Positions 1 to 10,108 of a DNA stretch of 64,000 nt are shown piece by piece; position 1 is the first letter of the stretch, and each line of letters begins with the position of its first letter. The DNA lies in NCBI GenBank assembly GCA_964554805.1, contig CAZKPX010000006.1, forward strand, positions 11,356 to 75,355, read 5' to 3'. Made by a program: the position numbers and the translations under genes. The stretch is from an uncultured Candidatus Saccharibacteria bacterium. Its GTDB lineage: Bacteria > Patescibacteriota > CAZHWT01. The notes under the pieces were generated by a model. It had not been told where the DNA came from, made no database searches, and saw only the letters and a program-made list of their open reading frames with translations.

Positions 1-139
1 TGGTAATTAGCTGTCTAAACGCGACCACCAGAGGTTGATATTTCGGTAATACTTTTTGATCTATATATTGTTCAACGGTTAGCGAGTTAGGCGATGTCAT
101 CGTGCTTACCCAAAACTAATTAACTAAATCTTGCCCTTG

Positions 140-829
140 TTATTGATTGGAGCCAAGCATGTCATCTAATTGTGAGTCAAGACCAAGTGGTGCCAGGAGA
201 GTGCGCAGAGCTTGAATGGCTTGAGGATGCTCGGATAGCTGAGACAGTTCGGCGTATGAACAATTCAGCTGACCGTCGTCAGTAACGGATACTTCGATCA
301 ACAGCTGGCCGCCTTTTTGAAATGATCGTTTGCCATGTGCCACAGCTATGTCAGTTTGGTCGAGTTGGCTTAGTCGGTATGAAACTTCGATGGTCAGCTC
401 ACCGAGATAACCCCAAATAGCCTTAGCTTCGGTATGAGGGATGCTGACCCAATTAGAAAAATTGGATCTTTTAATACCTAATCGGGTTAGTCTTGGGTTA
501 AACAGGTCTTTTCGCAACCGCTCGGCTTGGTCAGGTCTGATTTTTGCCGGCTCAACTTCTTGGGACTGGAGAATTTTATCTAGCGCAGCCAACTCTTGTC
601 TAATGGCCTCGGCTAGCTCATCGGATTGATTGGCAATGGCGTCTTGAAGATTGTTGTTGAGCCATTCAGCTAATTCGTCTAGTTCTGATTCGTCGGTTGT
701 AGCTGTTATTCGAGCTTGGATTTCTTTGAAGCGCTCCCATTCTTCAGCCAAGGCAGCTGCTTCAGCAGCTTCAGGGCTTTGTGGTTGGCCTTGCTCTGGA
801 TTGTAACCGGATTGTTCGGGACTTGGCAT
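140..829 (-). CDS. hypothetical protein (acidic, coiled-coil-like N-terminus)
   Basis: Complete 229-aa ORF with ATG start. No recognisable catalytic motif. Confidence 0.45.
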   Translation of the reverse strand: MPSPEQSGYNPEQGQPQSPEAAEAAALAEEWERFKEIQARITATTDESELDELAEWLNNNLQDAIANQSDELAEAIRQELAALDKILQSQEVEPAKIRPDQAERLRKDLFNPRLTRLGIKRSNFSNWVSIPHTEAKAIWGYLGELTIEVSYRLSQLDQTDIAVAHGKRSFQKGGQLLIEVSVTDDGQLNCSYAELSQLSEHPQAIQALRTLLAPLGLDSQLDDMLGSNQ

Positions 830-899
830 ACTTTAAAGCATATCAGATATTTGGTGATATTAAAAATTTTCGGTACGGCTTGATCGAAATTGAATGGGG

Positions 900-1259
900 C
901 TAATCTTCTTCTGAGCGTTCGTCTAGGCGCATCTGGGCGATCTGGGCGACGAGATTGGCGGGTATAGGTTGATCTAGAGGGAAGCGGATGGTGCCTTTGC
1001 CGGATTGGTCATAATTAGCTGTTTCAGGAAGGGCTTGCGCCATGGCTGAAGTGAAAGGGTACATAGCCACATGCTTTTTGGCTCCTGAGAAGTAGATGAG
1101 GAACTTGTCGTCGACTTTGAAGGCTGGTATGGCATAGCTGATACCTTCGGTGGCTTGAGGCAAAGCTCGTTGAATGGCTTGGCGAACCTGCTGAAGCAAA
1201 TCCTGGGTTTCTGGCGGGAAGTTTTGGATATATTGATCGATGGTGGTTGGTTTGGACAT
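900..1259 (-). CDS. DUF1801 (YdhG-like) domain protein
   Basis: 119-aa ORF. Sequence pattern 'YAIPAFKVDDKFLIYFSGAKKHVAMYP' is typical of DUF1801/YdhG-type small proteins. Confidence 0.7.
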   Translation of the reverse strand: MSKPTTIDQYIQNFPPETQDLLQQVRQAIQRALPQATEGISYAIPAFKVDDKFLIYFSGAKKHVAMYPFTSAMAQALPETANYDQSGKGTIRFPLDQPIPANLVAQIAQMRLDERSEED

Positions 1260-1580
1260 ATAAGAAAGAATACTCCTAGATATGTTGTCTGGCTAGGATT
1301 TTGGAGACTTGGCTAGCCGTTCTAGTTGACCTTTGCGTTTGACGATGTTTTTGTAGTCCCATTGAATATTTGGCGATTTGACCAGCCAGCGCTGTAAGCC
1401 TTGGGAGTTTATTTCGGCTGCGGCATTGTGTGGGATTGAGGCGTCTTTGAATTTGCCGGTTCCTGAAGCTAAACGATCTGGTGATCTGGAAGGTCCGACC
1501 TTAACCCTAGCCGGGAAGGTCGGACCTTATTTAGCTTGGTGTGATTTTATGTATGACGTGAGTAATGCTAAGATAGGTAA

Positions 1581-2048
1581 ATGGATGATAAACAATTTCT
1601 GCAAGCGGCATTAACAAAAGCGAAGGAATCAGTGGCTCTCGGCGGTTTTCCGGCTGGGGCTGTTGTTGTCCGCGATGGCCGGATTGTTGGCGAAGGAATT
1701 TCTGTTGGCAATAAGATGCATGATCCGACTAGCCATGGTGAAATGGCTGCAATTCGGACTGCCTGCAAAAATCTGAAAACCTCTGACTTATCTGAATCGA
1801 CCCTGTATGCTTCGATGCAGCCATGTCTTATGTGTCTGGGTGCAGCTATGTGGAGTGCCATCCCAAGAATAGTTTTTGCTTGTCCTCAGAGTAAAGTGTC
1901 GACCGAATATTATGGTGGGCACTATAAGCCAGCTGTTATAAATGCGGAATTAATTCGCCCGATTGAATTAGCCCATTTTGCTCAACTAGAGGCTGATTCC
2001 TTAGCGATTGTTCGCCAATGGGAAGAGCTATTGTCAAGCAGCCAATAG
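1581..2048 (+). CDS. CMP/dCMP-type nucleoside deaminase (TadA/guanine-deaminase-like)
   Basis: Zinc-binding deaminase signature H(A/G)E ('HGEMAAI') and 'PCLMCLGA'. The 155-aa size fits the CDA fold. Confidence 0.8.
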   Translation: MDDKQFLQAALTKAKESVALGGFPAGAVVVRDGRIVGEGISVGNKMHDPTSHGEMAAIRTACKNLKTSDLSESTLYASMQPCLMCLGAAMWSAIPRIVFACPQSKVSTEYYGGHYKPAVINAELIRPIELAHFAQLEADSLAIVRQWEELLSSSQ

Positions 2049-2420
2049 CATGCCATGATTGATGTATTCGTTAGCGCATGGAAAATTGAGTGCTAACGTG
2101 GAAAGCCTTCCTTCATCTCAGATAATGAGTAATAGATATATTCAATATGGAAATTATGGAAAGTGACACAGCATGGTACAAAAACCATGCTGTGTCATCC
2201 TGATGAGTCAGCGAAGAAGGATCTTGGGCACAGAACCATGCTGTGTCATCCTGATCCGTCAGCTGGCAGGTCAGGATCTAGCGTGTTGATTCTATTGACA
2301 GCGTCTCCACAATGATAGCGTATTTTGGATACTTAAAACTATGACTAAAGAGCAGTTGAAAAGCAATCTTGACTGGAGGGGAAGCTGCGTTGTGGCTTCC
2401 CCTACTTTTATTTTATAGGG

Positions 2421-2798
2421 CTAGCCCGTTTGACGGTGTTTTTTCTGGATTTGTTTGTATAGTTCACCGCTACCATCCTCGCCAGCTTTTTTGATGGTGT
2501 CGGCTGGATATTTAAGGCGGGTTTTGGTGTTTTTGTCGATGATAATTTGGCTGCTGTCTAGTCCGAGCAGGACGGCCATTTCGATGGCGTAAATCATGAC
2601 ATCGGCCAACTCTTCTTTGATTTTGGCCATCTTGGCCTCATCCTGCTTAACTTCTTCCAGGCTTTGATTGGTCCACTGGAAGACTTCCAACAATTCAGCC
2701 CCTTCAATCATAATTGATTTGGCTAGATCGGCTGGCTTCAGGTTATCCCAGTTGCGTTCTTGTAAATATTCTAAAATGTACTGTTCAAGCTCTTTCAT
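2421..2798 (-). CDS. MazG-like nucleotide pyrophosphohydrolase
   Basis: 125 aa. Pattern 'EGAELLE...EELADVMIYAIEMAVLLGLD' matches the MazG EExxE/D helix motifs. Confidence 0.7.
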   Translation of the reverse strand: MKELEQYILEYLQERNWDNLKPADLAKSIMIEGAELLEVFQWTNQSLEEVKQDEAKMAKIKEELADVMIYAIEMAVLLGLDSSQIIIDKNTKTRLKYPADTIKKAGEDGSGELYKQIQKKHRQTG

Positions 2799-3015
2799 AG
2801 CCCTCCGGTGTAAGTACGGTTAATATAGGGTTTTATTTCTATCTTGGCAACAGTTGGCGCTGCCAACTTGGCGCACTTTTGCTTAACAGGTACTTTCCAT
2901 GTTAGCACTCTACCCCATTTTCAAGCCTATTATCTGAGATAAAGCTATTAGCACTCTATGGAAAGTTGACTAAAACCTATGAGCGGCATTGGTGCGCCCA
3001 GTTAGACTCGAATTG

Positions 3016-4275
3016 TTAATCAGTTAAGTTAATAACTTGGTCGCTCTTTTTGTGGAGCAAATACCAAGTGACTGCTCCGCAGATTAATATGGCCCAGGTT
3101 ATTAAGAAGTATTCTAGCTTGCCAATGGTATTGAGATAACCAATCAATGGCGCCAAGACAATGTATGGCAAAGATTTTATCATTGAGGCAATTGATAAGA
3201 CTGTCGCTCTCTGCTGTTCGGGTGCGTGGTAGTTTAATATTTCACTTAAGAACGGTTGCAAAACTTGCTCGCCGGCATAGAGTGTAAGGATGATCAGGTA
3301 TCCCCACCAGCCTATATTTGCCACAGCTAACAATAGGCTAGATGCGGCCGATAGACCGATGATTGTTAGAACAGTTTTTTCGCTTAGTTTGTCAGCATTT
3401 TTATGGATATATGCCAATAATCCGACAGAGATTAGGCTGCTACTGGCAATTGCTATTGATCCCCAAAACGGATCGAAGTCAAAGCGCTCTAAGAGTATTA
3501 GCTGTAATAGACCGTAGCTAGTGGTGTAGAAAAGCCCTTGGACAGTAATAATGAATGGTACGTAGAGCCGTAGTTGAGGGAGTCGAAATTGGCTGAAGCC
3601 GATTTGAATATCGTGGAGATAATTTTTTAGTTCAGGTAGTAATGCTTGCCGAGCCTTTTGTGCTCGTTTGTCCGTAATGGACCAAATTACTACTGCGGAT
3701 ATGATAAAGGCAAGTCCATTTAATACCCATGGTATGCGGGGGTTAATTGTATGTAACCAGCCGCCCAGGACAACGCTCAGCAATGTGCCGATTAAGGCAA
3801 ATTGGGAGCCGCGAATTAATAGTTTGCGCCATTCTTTGGAGTTTCTATCAAATCGCAATTCATCAAAGAATAAGGCCTCGTCAGCGCCCGATATGAGAGA
3901 TACCCCGATCATCATTATTGTTTGCCCAGCAAAGAATGGTACAAAACTACTGCCTACGGCTTGGATTAATAAGCCGCTGCCGGCCAGTATCTGACCTAGT
4001 CGCACTACTTTATCCCGACCAAATTTATCGGCCAAGGCGCCAGAGGGGATTTCGGCTAACAAACCTATGGCAAAGGCTAGTCCATCAAGGATACCAATCT
4101 GCTGGTCGGTTATAAAAAGTCGATAAAAGTATAGCCACACCGCATTGACGAACCATAGATTTGTCAGTGTTCGGTATAAAATAAATTTATGTGATAGCCA
4201 CTTTTGTTGCTGAGTCATAGTTGCAAGGATACTATACCGCAATAGTCTTCTGTATATAAAGTGGATTAATAACAA
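3016..4275 (-). CDS. MFS transporter
   Basis: 12-TM-like hydrophobic profile with the MFS loop motif 'GALADKFGRDKV'. The true start may be the internal Met at about 4219. Confidence 0.75.
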   Translation of the reverse strand: MLLIHFIYRRLLRYSILATMTQQQKWLSHKFILYRTLTNLWFVNAVWLYFYRLFITDQQIGILDGLAFAIGLLAEIPSGALADKFGRDKVVRLGQILAGSGLLIQAVGSSFVPFFAGQTIMMIGVSLISGADEALFFDELRFDRNSKEWRKLLIRGSQFALIGTLLSVVLGGWLHTINPRIPWVLNGLAFIISAVVIWSITDKRAQKARQALLPELKNYLHDIQIGFSQFRLPQLRLYVPFIITVQGLFYTTSYGLLQLILLERFDFDPFWGSIAIASSSLISVGLLAYIHKNADKLSEKTVLTIIGLSAASSLLLAVANIGWWGYLIILTLYAGEQVLQPFLSEILNYHAPEQQRATVLSIASMIKSLPYIVLAPLIGYLNTIGKLEYFLITWAILICGAVTWYLLHKKSDQVINLTD

Positions 4276-4375
4276 GCTGCTAAGAAATGTAGCTTACTTG
4301 TCTTCGGCTATCTTGTTGAGCTGAGCCAACAAACACACCTCCGAGGTTGGAGACATTTTAAGATTCTATATTGGT

Positions 4376-4447
4376 GGGCGATACAGGACTTGAACCTGTG
4401 ACCTCTACAATGTCAATGTAGCGCTCTACCAGCTGAGCTAACCGCCC
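4376..4447 (-). tRNA. tRNA-Val (anticodon GAC)
   Basis: The reverse complement folds as a canonical cloverleaf: acceptor GGGCGGT, D-arm GCTCAGCTGGTAGAGC, anticodon loop TTGACAT, T-loop GGTTCAAGTCC. Confidence 0.8.
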
Positions 4448-4704
4448 TTGAAGGGATTTATCTGGTTGTGATATTGCGTTGACCTTGATGGATAGGGTGA
4501 TCGCGGCTGGTAGAGCGCTTGTAGCGCAATAGTTGATTGCCGGTCTCTGGTGAGGCCTATGCAGCTGAGCTTAGCTATCCATAGAGGTTGACGGGAGGTA
4601 TTGTATCACAGAGTTGGGGCTATGAGTAGTCCTCGATGGCTGGTTGTTGATTTGTGTGGTAACGGTGCTATATTTGGTTTAATGGTGGGGGCTTAATCTT
4701 CTAT

Positions 4705-4744
4705 GTCATTGCGAGGAATGAAGTGACGCGGCAATCCAGGACAG
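4705..4744 (+). repeat. Repeat family A copy (GTCATTGCG...GGCAATCCAGGACAG), overlapping the GIY-YIG gene start
   Basis: The same about 40-bp unit recurs, inverted, at 5046-5089. Further copies lie at 9758-10056 (5 copies), 13499-13550, 13662-13710 and 18150-18183. Confidence 0.8.
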
Positions 4745-5025
4745 GGTATGTTTACATTTTATTCAATAAACGAAACGGAACGCTCTATACTGGGGTTACT
4801 TCGAGCTTGTCTCAACGCGTCTACCAGCATAAAAATAAGTTAGTTGCAGGTTTTAGCCAGAAGTATAGTACTGATAAGCTGGCCTATTTTGAAATCTATG
4901 ATGATATGAGCAGGGCAATAATTCGAGAGAAGCAGATTAAAGCAGGTTCGCGGGAGGATAAGTTGAGGCTGATTGAGGACAACAACCCTGACTGGATTGA
5001 TCTTTATGATTGGTTGGGGTGGTAG
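4723..5025 (+). CDS. GIY-YIG nuclease family protein (small, stand-alone)
   Basis: Motifs 'GYVYILFN...GTLYTGVTSSLSQRVYQHK' form the GIY-YIG core. The GTG start lies inside a family-A repeat. The gene is bracketed by inverted family-A copies. Confidence 0.8.
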   Translation: MTRQSRTGYVYILFNKRNGTLYTGVTSSLSQRVYQHKNKLVAGFSQKYSTDKLAYFEIYDDMSRAIIREKQIKAGSREDKLRLIEDNNPDWIDLYDWLGW

Positions 5026-5045
5026 GATTGTTGGTCATTAGTTAG

Positions 5046-5260
5046 CTGTCCTGGATTGCCGCTCCGCCAGCTGGCGGAGCGCAATGACGTTGCAGGGGGG
5101 GTGTCAGGTGTTGGGCTAAATCAAAACTCAAAAGGCAAAAGGCAAAAATTAAGGTCAAAAATAAAAAGTCGGCCACAGCTAGGCCAAACTTTTGACTTTT
5201 GCCTTTTACACTTGTTCTTGTCGCTTGTCGCTTGTCGCTTGTGTTTCGATATCCGTGTCT
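5046..5260. repeat. Composite repeat block: inverted family-A copy, family-B 'AAAGGCAAAAGG' palindrome, and (GTCGCTT)3 tandem
   Basis: Inverted family-A copy at 5046-5089. A long imperfect palindrome is centred on GGCCACAGCTAGGCC (5125-5215). Tandem tcgcttgtcgcttgtcgcttgt at 5218-5240. Confidence 0.75.
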
Positions 5261-5287
5261 CGATATCCACGACCGAAGGGAGTTGTC

Positions 5288-8200
5288 TTAGTTCCCCCAG
5301 CGAACGGCTCCGCCATTGTAGAGGACGTCGATTTGTTTTTGGGTTAGGGCGTAGTTGAAGATTTGGACGTCGTCGATTTGGCCATTCCAATAGCGACCGT
5401 TGTTATTGTTGGTTCGTGTCCCGATTTGGATGGAGGCGACATTATTCAATGTCGGGCCGGCCTGAATAGCAGATCCGTCCTTGAGGCCATTAAGATAAAT
5501 CGTAGCGGGTAGCCCTGCTCCATTTTGAACTGCGCAAGCATAGTACCATTGGTTAGTTAAAATAGTCGTTGCTCCACTCACAGATACCGCTGTGCCTTGA
5601 CTGGGAGTCATGGTCCAGCTCAGCCATCTGAGCACATTGCCCTCCACAGATAGACCCCACTCCCGCCCGCTAGAACCACTCGACCCAGCTCCTCCATAGC
5701 CATTCTGTTTGATAACGATGTTCTTCGATGCAGCGCCATTTAGCAAAACACTGTTATTGAACCAGGCACAAACGCTAAGCTGGTCACCGTAAAAGACATC
5801 TCCAATATCCACAAAGTCATCCACTCCATCAAAACTCATCGAAGCATTGCGCTTGCCCATCTTGCCTAGAGACCAGGCGGTGTTGGTGGAGTTGCAGGTG
5901 CCGGGGGTGGTTATTCCAGAGGCGCCAAGATTGAGGGTGCCGTGGAGGTGGTTGTCGGAGGCATCGTGGATGGTGGTGCCGGAGCATTCGTCCATGCGGT
6001 AGTGGGCGATGGGTTTGCCTTTGTTGTAGTCCCAGGCGACTTGGGCAGGGGTGCGGGGGTAGTTGTAGACTCTTATGTCATCTAGGCCACCATTAAAATA
6101 TGCGCTGCTCGCATATCCTATTAACATTTGCGCTGGGCCGGGCCATGGAGTGTAATTATAGGAGCTATCCGTAGCCTCATGTTGGCCGTTTACGTATAGC
6201 TTCACCTCCGAACCATTGCTGTAGGTAGCTACCACATGGGTCCATTTGCTTTCTGGGACATCGGAGCTTGATAACACATATGGCATCATAGCGCCAGCAT
6301 TGTTCTTCATGCGGAATGCTAGCTTTCCGTCATGAATCCTCATTTGATATGTTATCTGTTCCCAGCCAATAATATCTCCGTTGCCTCCAGGGTCGCGGTT
6401 TATCCATGCTTCTAAGGTGAAGTCAGCTGTAGGGGCAGGCGCTGAATTAACAGTAAATCTGTAGGTTGGTGGATGAATAGATACGGCAGTTCCATTCTTT
6501 CCAGGAATTCTCGGCACTGATCCTACTTGCGATGCTGTAAAGTTGTTACCACTAGTGTCTCTCGGATTGCCTGATTTTTCTTCAAACAGCCACTCCCCTA
6601 CTGGTTTGGCGCAGTAGTCGGTGGAGCCAGGGATGCAGTATTTGGAGTCTTGGGATTGGGAGGGCTGGGTGGCTGCGGCACCACTTCCGGAAGTGGTGGG
6701 TTCGGTTGAGGTGGCGCCTGCAATCATGGCTGAGGATTGGTTGTAGTCGATGGCGATTTGTTGAGGGGTGAGGGCTTGGTTGTAGATTTTGACTTCGTCG
6801 AGGGCTCCTATGTATGGATTAGAAGCTGCATATCCTGGATATAGAAGGCCTATGGTTGTGTTGTTTCCGTAAGTGCTTGATAAGGCGGATGGGTGAGTGT
6901 TTCTGGTGATAAGCTGTCCGTCGCGATAGAATGATATAAATATAGCCTGGGAGGTTTGCTCAAAAGTGTAGGTATAATAATGCCACTCGTTTAGGATGAG
7001 TGCTTCATTTGCAGAGTATGATGCGACCTGACTAGAATCATTGCTATAGGATACCATCATCCTATTGCTGTTACTAAGACCCGCATACCAATTCGAATGA
7101 TTTCCCATGGTAAAGAGTGTGGACGTACCGCCGACTGAAGCATCGGGTTTGGCCCAAAAAGACACTGATTTTTGAATGACTTTATAGGCTGGGACATCAC
7201 CTATCGATACATTAGCACCGTTGCCATTAAAATGTACCGCACTGCCACTAACTCCATTAACCCAAACCGTGTCTGTCATGGAGCCACTTAGTTGAGTAGC
7301 CCCAGAATCTCTAGTTATAGAGCCTTGATTTTCATCCAACTTCCAGTGGCCAACAGGGTTTAATTCATTGGGCATGCTGGATTGCATGTCGGCCAGGATT
7401 TGGCCTGGGGTGCGGGCGTAGTTGTAGATTTTGACTTCGTCTAGCTGGCCGTGTAAGTAGTAACTATTTACCGCATCATAGTGAATTCTGGATCCGAGCA
7501 CTAATGGCACAGGAGTATTGTTTTTGGTTATGCCTGGAGTGCTTGAGCCCCTCAAAACTCCATTTACATAAATTGATAAGACTGTCCCATCCCAGCTTCC
7601 GACGACATAATGCCATTGGTCGGCTGACAATGTCATGCCTGCTGATACCTGGTACGACGCAATACCACTAAAAATACTGAAACCCAGCTGACCACCTATT
7701 ATGCGTAAATTGTAATCCTTGTTGGCTCCGGCATCGTATTTGCCTATCAATACTTGATCGTCAGGGCTGCCTTGATCCAGTTTTACCCAGGTGGATACTG
7801 TGACAAGACTTGACTCGAGCATATGAGACGAAGCGGCCTCAATGTAATTGTCCTGACCATTCAACTTAGCTGATTTCCCTTTTTTGCCTTCAGCGTATTG
7901 GTGTCCTGTCCCATTCCAGGATCCTGAGTGGTTATTACCAGACTTGTCATAGGCAGTACCGCCAGAGCCTTCTTCGAAATCGTAATAGGCTACAGGCTTG
8001 GGGGCGGAGGTGTAGAGTTGGGAGATTTCTGGCTGGCTTAAATGCCTTGTATAGTAGCGGAGCTCATCTATTTCTCCATTAAATGCAGATGTATCAGCTT
8101 TCTTGCTACCAATCTTCATATGAGTTGGTGAGGTTGCTGGGCAAGTGGAGCCGTCGGGCAGAGCTATGGTTGAGGTAAGTTGTCCATTTAAATATCCTTT

Positions 8201-10108
8201 TAGGACGCGCTCTTTAAAGTTGTAGGTAAAGACTATATGATTCCATTGATTTATGATTGGTAGAACCGAAGGGCTTAGCGCAGGGTCGCTCGAACACAAA
8301 TGCCCCCACTGCCTAGTCCCAGCTTCCCTAGCTCCAAATCTACCTTCGTTACCTCCATTATTTGGTGAAAATATAGTGCCCCAAGCTGAAGTTCCATCAG
8401 GATATATCCAAGCGCTATAAGCTCTCTCTTGGTTTTCTGCTAGACTGACACTTGAATTAATGCGGACATGCTGATCGATCATTGAGTTGAAACTTCCAGC
8501 ACTGCCATATTTCCCTACATCTATACTTGCCCCATCAACTGCTTGGCCATTGTTATTATTTCCGCTACTATCTTTAACTTCCCCTATTGTGCCGTCCCAG
8601 CTGGGTTCATCCATTTTCCAGTGGCCGACTAAGCCGTTCGATAGGTTGCCTTGCTGGGCTTGCATGGATTGGATGCCTTGGATGTAGTCTTGTTGGATTT
8701 GTTGTTGGGTGCGGGGGTGGTTGTAGAGTTTGGCTTGGTCTAGGAAGCCTTGGTAGAAGGAGTTGAAGTTGGTGCCGGTGCAGTCGTTAAAGGAGCCTAG
8801 GCTGGAGCAGGTGTCGATGGTGGACAGGCCGGAGTAAGAGCCGGTGGCGACTTGTTGGCCGTTGGCGTAGGCATGGTAGGTGCCGTTGTCCCAGGTTAAG
8901 GCTAGGTGGTACCAGGTGCTGCGGGTGAGGTGAAAGTTGGTGTTGACGGCGGCGGCGGTGCCTAGGCGGATGCCCAGGTTGCCGGAGGAGCCTAGGCGGA
9001 GCAGGTAGATGCGGTGATCGTTGCGGTTGGCCATGACCATGTATTCGTCGCTGCCGCCGGTGGCTCGGGTGGGTTTGGCCCAGATGGAGATGGTGCCGGT
9101 TTGGGCGGAAATGTGGGTAGAATCGGCGCCGATGGCGTCGTCGGTGCCATCAAAGTAGAGGCATTTACCAGCCACACACATGTCCTCGGTTTGCCAGGTG
9201 GGGGTGTTGTGGAAGGTGCCGTGGTTGGCGGTGGTGGTGGAGTCATGGGCGGTGGTGCCGTGGCCTTCGTCCAATTTCCAGTAGGCAATGGGGCCGGTGG
9301 ATTGTTCTTGGGAGCCGATGTTGCCGGTGGTGGTGTCGGCTAGGTTGTTGAATGGTTGGGTGGCGCTGGCTTGGGGTGCTTGGGGATTGCCATAATACAT
9401 ATAAATAGTGGAAGCGCCGGCGGGGAGATTGGTGAAAAGGATTTGGATTTGGGTGGTGCCGGTGCCGCAGCCGGAGGCGAGATGATAAGGGATGAGTTGG
9501 CCAGAGAGGCTAACAAAACGGAGGTCAGAGCAGTCGTTGTTGAAGGTGGTGGTGCCGGCGGTGTCTAGGGTTAGTTCGAGGTAGACATTGGTTTGGGGAG
9601 TGACGGAGGTAATGTCGACCGGGGCGCGGTAGCGGTAGTCTTCGTTCCACCAATCATTGGAGGCTTGAGCTGCTTGAGGGGTAATGAAGCCGAGGATGGG
9701 GAGGGCTAGGCCGAGGATGAGCGAGGTAATGATGAGGAGGGCTGTTCCCCTCTTAAGGTCATTGCGAGGAGTGAAGCGACGTGGCAATCCACCCCTCTCG
9801 TCATTGCGAGGAGTGAAGCGACGTGGCAATCCAGGCAGGAATGATGACCTAGTAGGGGTAGTAGTCTGTCCTGGATTGCCACTCCGCCGGTTGGCAGATC
9901 GCAATGACGGGAGAGCGGGGGCTGTGGTTTTTTGTATGTCATTGCGAGGAGGCAAGGCCGACGTGGCAATCCAGGAGAGAGGGTGTTTGTGTTTAGGGTT
10001 GGTTGTTTGTCCTGGATTGCTGCTCTGCCTGCTGGCGGATCGCAATGACGGGGAGTTAAAGCCTGCAACCCAAAGCCTAAAACCTTGCCTCTTTGCCATC
10101 TTCATCAA
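5288..10108 (-). CDS. giant secreted/surface protein with at least 6 LamG (concanavalin A-like lectin) modules
   Basis: Recurring LamG C-terminal signatures: 'LDEVKIYNYARTPGQI', 'LDEVKIYNQALTPQQI', 'LDDIRVYNYPRTPAQV', 'IDDVQIFNYALTQKQI'. A signal/anchor-like segment 'TALLIITSLILGLALPILGFITPQAAQA' is present. The first about 110 codons are built from family-A repeats, so the true start is uncertain. A TTG near 9772 would give a classical signal peptide. Confidence 0.75.
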   Translation of the reverse strand: MMKMAKRQGFRLWVAGFNSPSLRSASRQSSNPGQTTNPKHKHPLSWIATSALPPRNDIQKTTAPALPSLRSANRRSGNPGQTTTPTRSSFLPGLPRRFTPRNDERGGLPRRFTPRNDLKRGTALLIITSLILGLALPILGFITPQAAQASNDWWNEDYRYRAPVDITSVTPQTNVYLELTLDTAGTTTFNNDCSDLRFVSLSGQLIPYHLASGCGTGTTQIQILFTNLPAGASTIYMYYGNPQAPQASATQPFNNLADTTTGNIGSQEQSTGPIAYWKLDEGHGTTAHDSTTTANHGTFHNTPTWQTEDMCVAGKCLYFDGTDDAIGADSTHISAQTGTISIWAKPTRATGGSDEYMVMANRNDHRIYLLRLGSSGNLGIRLGTAAAVNTNFHLTRSTWYHLALTWDNGTYHAYANGQQVATGSYSGLSTIDTCSSLGSFNDCTGTNFNSFYQGFLDQAKLYNHPRTQQQIQQDYIQGIQSMQAQQGNLSNGLVGHWKMDEPSWDGTIGEVKDSSGNNNNGQAVDGASIDVGKYGSAGSFNSMIDQHVRINSSVSLAENQERAYSAWIYPDGTSAWGTIFSPNNGGNEGRFGAREAGTRQWGHLCSSDPALSPSVLPIINQWNHIVFTYNFKERVLKGYLNGQLTSTIALPDGSTCPATSPTHMKIGSKKADTSAFNGEIDELRYYTRHLSQPEISQLYTSAPKPVAYYDFEEGSGGTAYDKSGNNHSGSWNGTGHQYAEGKKGKSAKLNGQDNYIEAASSHMLESSLVTVSTWVKLDQGSPDDQVLIGKYDAGANKDYNLRIIGGQLGFSIFSGIASYQVSAGMTLSADQWHYVVGSWDGTVLSIYVNGVLRGSSTPGITKNNTPVPLVLGSRIHYDAVNSYYLHGQLDEVKIYNYARTPGQILADMQSSMPNELNPVGHWKLDENQGSITRDSGATQLSGSMTDTVWVNGVSGSAVHFNGNGANVSIGDVPAYKVIQKSVSFWAKPDASVGGTSTLFTMGNHSNWYAGLSNSNRMMVSYSNDSSQVASYSANEALILNEWHYYTYTFEQTSQAIFISFYRDGQLITRNTHPSALSSTYGNNTTIGLLYPGYAASNPYIGALDEVKIYNQALTPQQIAIDYNQSSAMIAGATSTEPTTSGSGAAATQPSQSQDSKYCIPGSTDYCAKPVGEWLFEEKSGNPRDTSGNNFTASQVGSVPRIPGKNGTAVSIHPPTYRFTVNSAPAPTADFTLEAWINRDPGGNGDIIGWEQITYQMRIHDGKLAFRMKNNAGAMMPYVLSSSDVPESKWTHVVATYSNGSEVKLYVNGQHEATDSSYNYTPWPGPAQMLIGYASSAYFNGGLDDIRVYNYPRTPAQVAWDYNKGKPIAHYRMDECSGTTIHDASDNHLHGTLNLGASGITTPGTCNSTNTAWSLGKMGKRNASMSFDGVDDFVDIGDVFYGDQLSVCAWFNNSVLLNGAASKNIVIKQNGYGGAGSSGSSGREWGLSVEGNVLRWLSWTMTPSQGTAVSVSGATTILTNQWYYACAVQNGAGLPATIYLNGLKDGSAIQAGPTLNNVASIQIGTRTNNNNGRYWNGQIDDVQIFNYALTQKQIDVLYNGGAVRWGN
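9755..10060. repeat. cluster of 5 family-A repeat copies (mixed orientation) inside the 5' end of the giant LamG gene
   Basis: Copies at 9758-9793, 9800-9838, 9878-9925 (inverted), 9938-9985 and 10009-10056 (inverted). They encode the 'GLPRRFTPRND' peptide repeats in the ORF. Confidence 0.8.
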
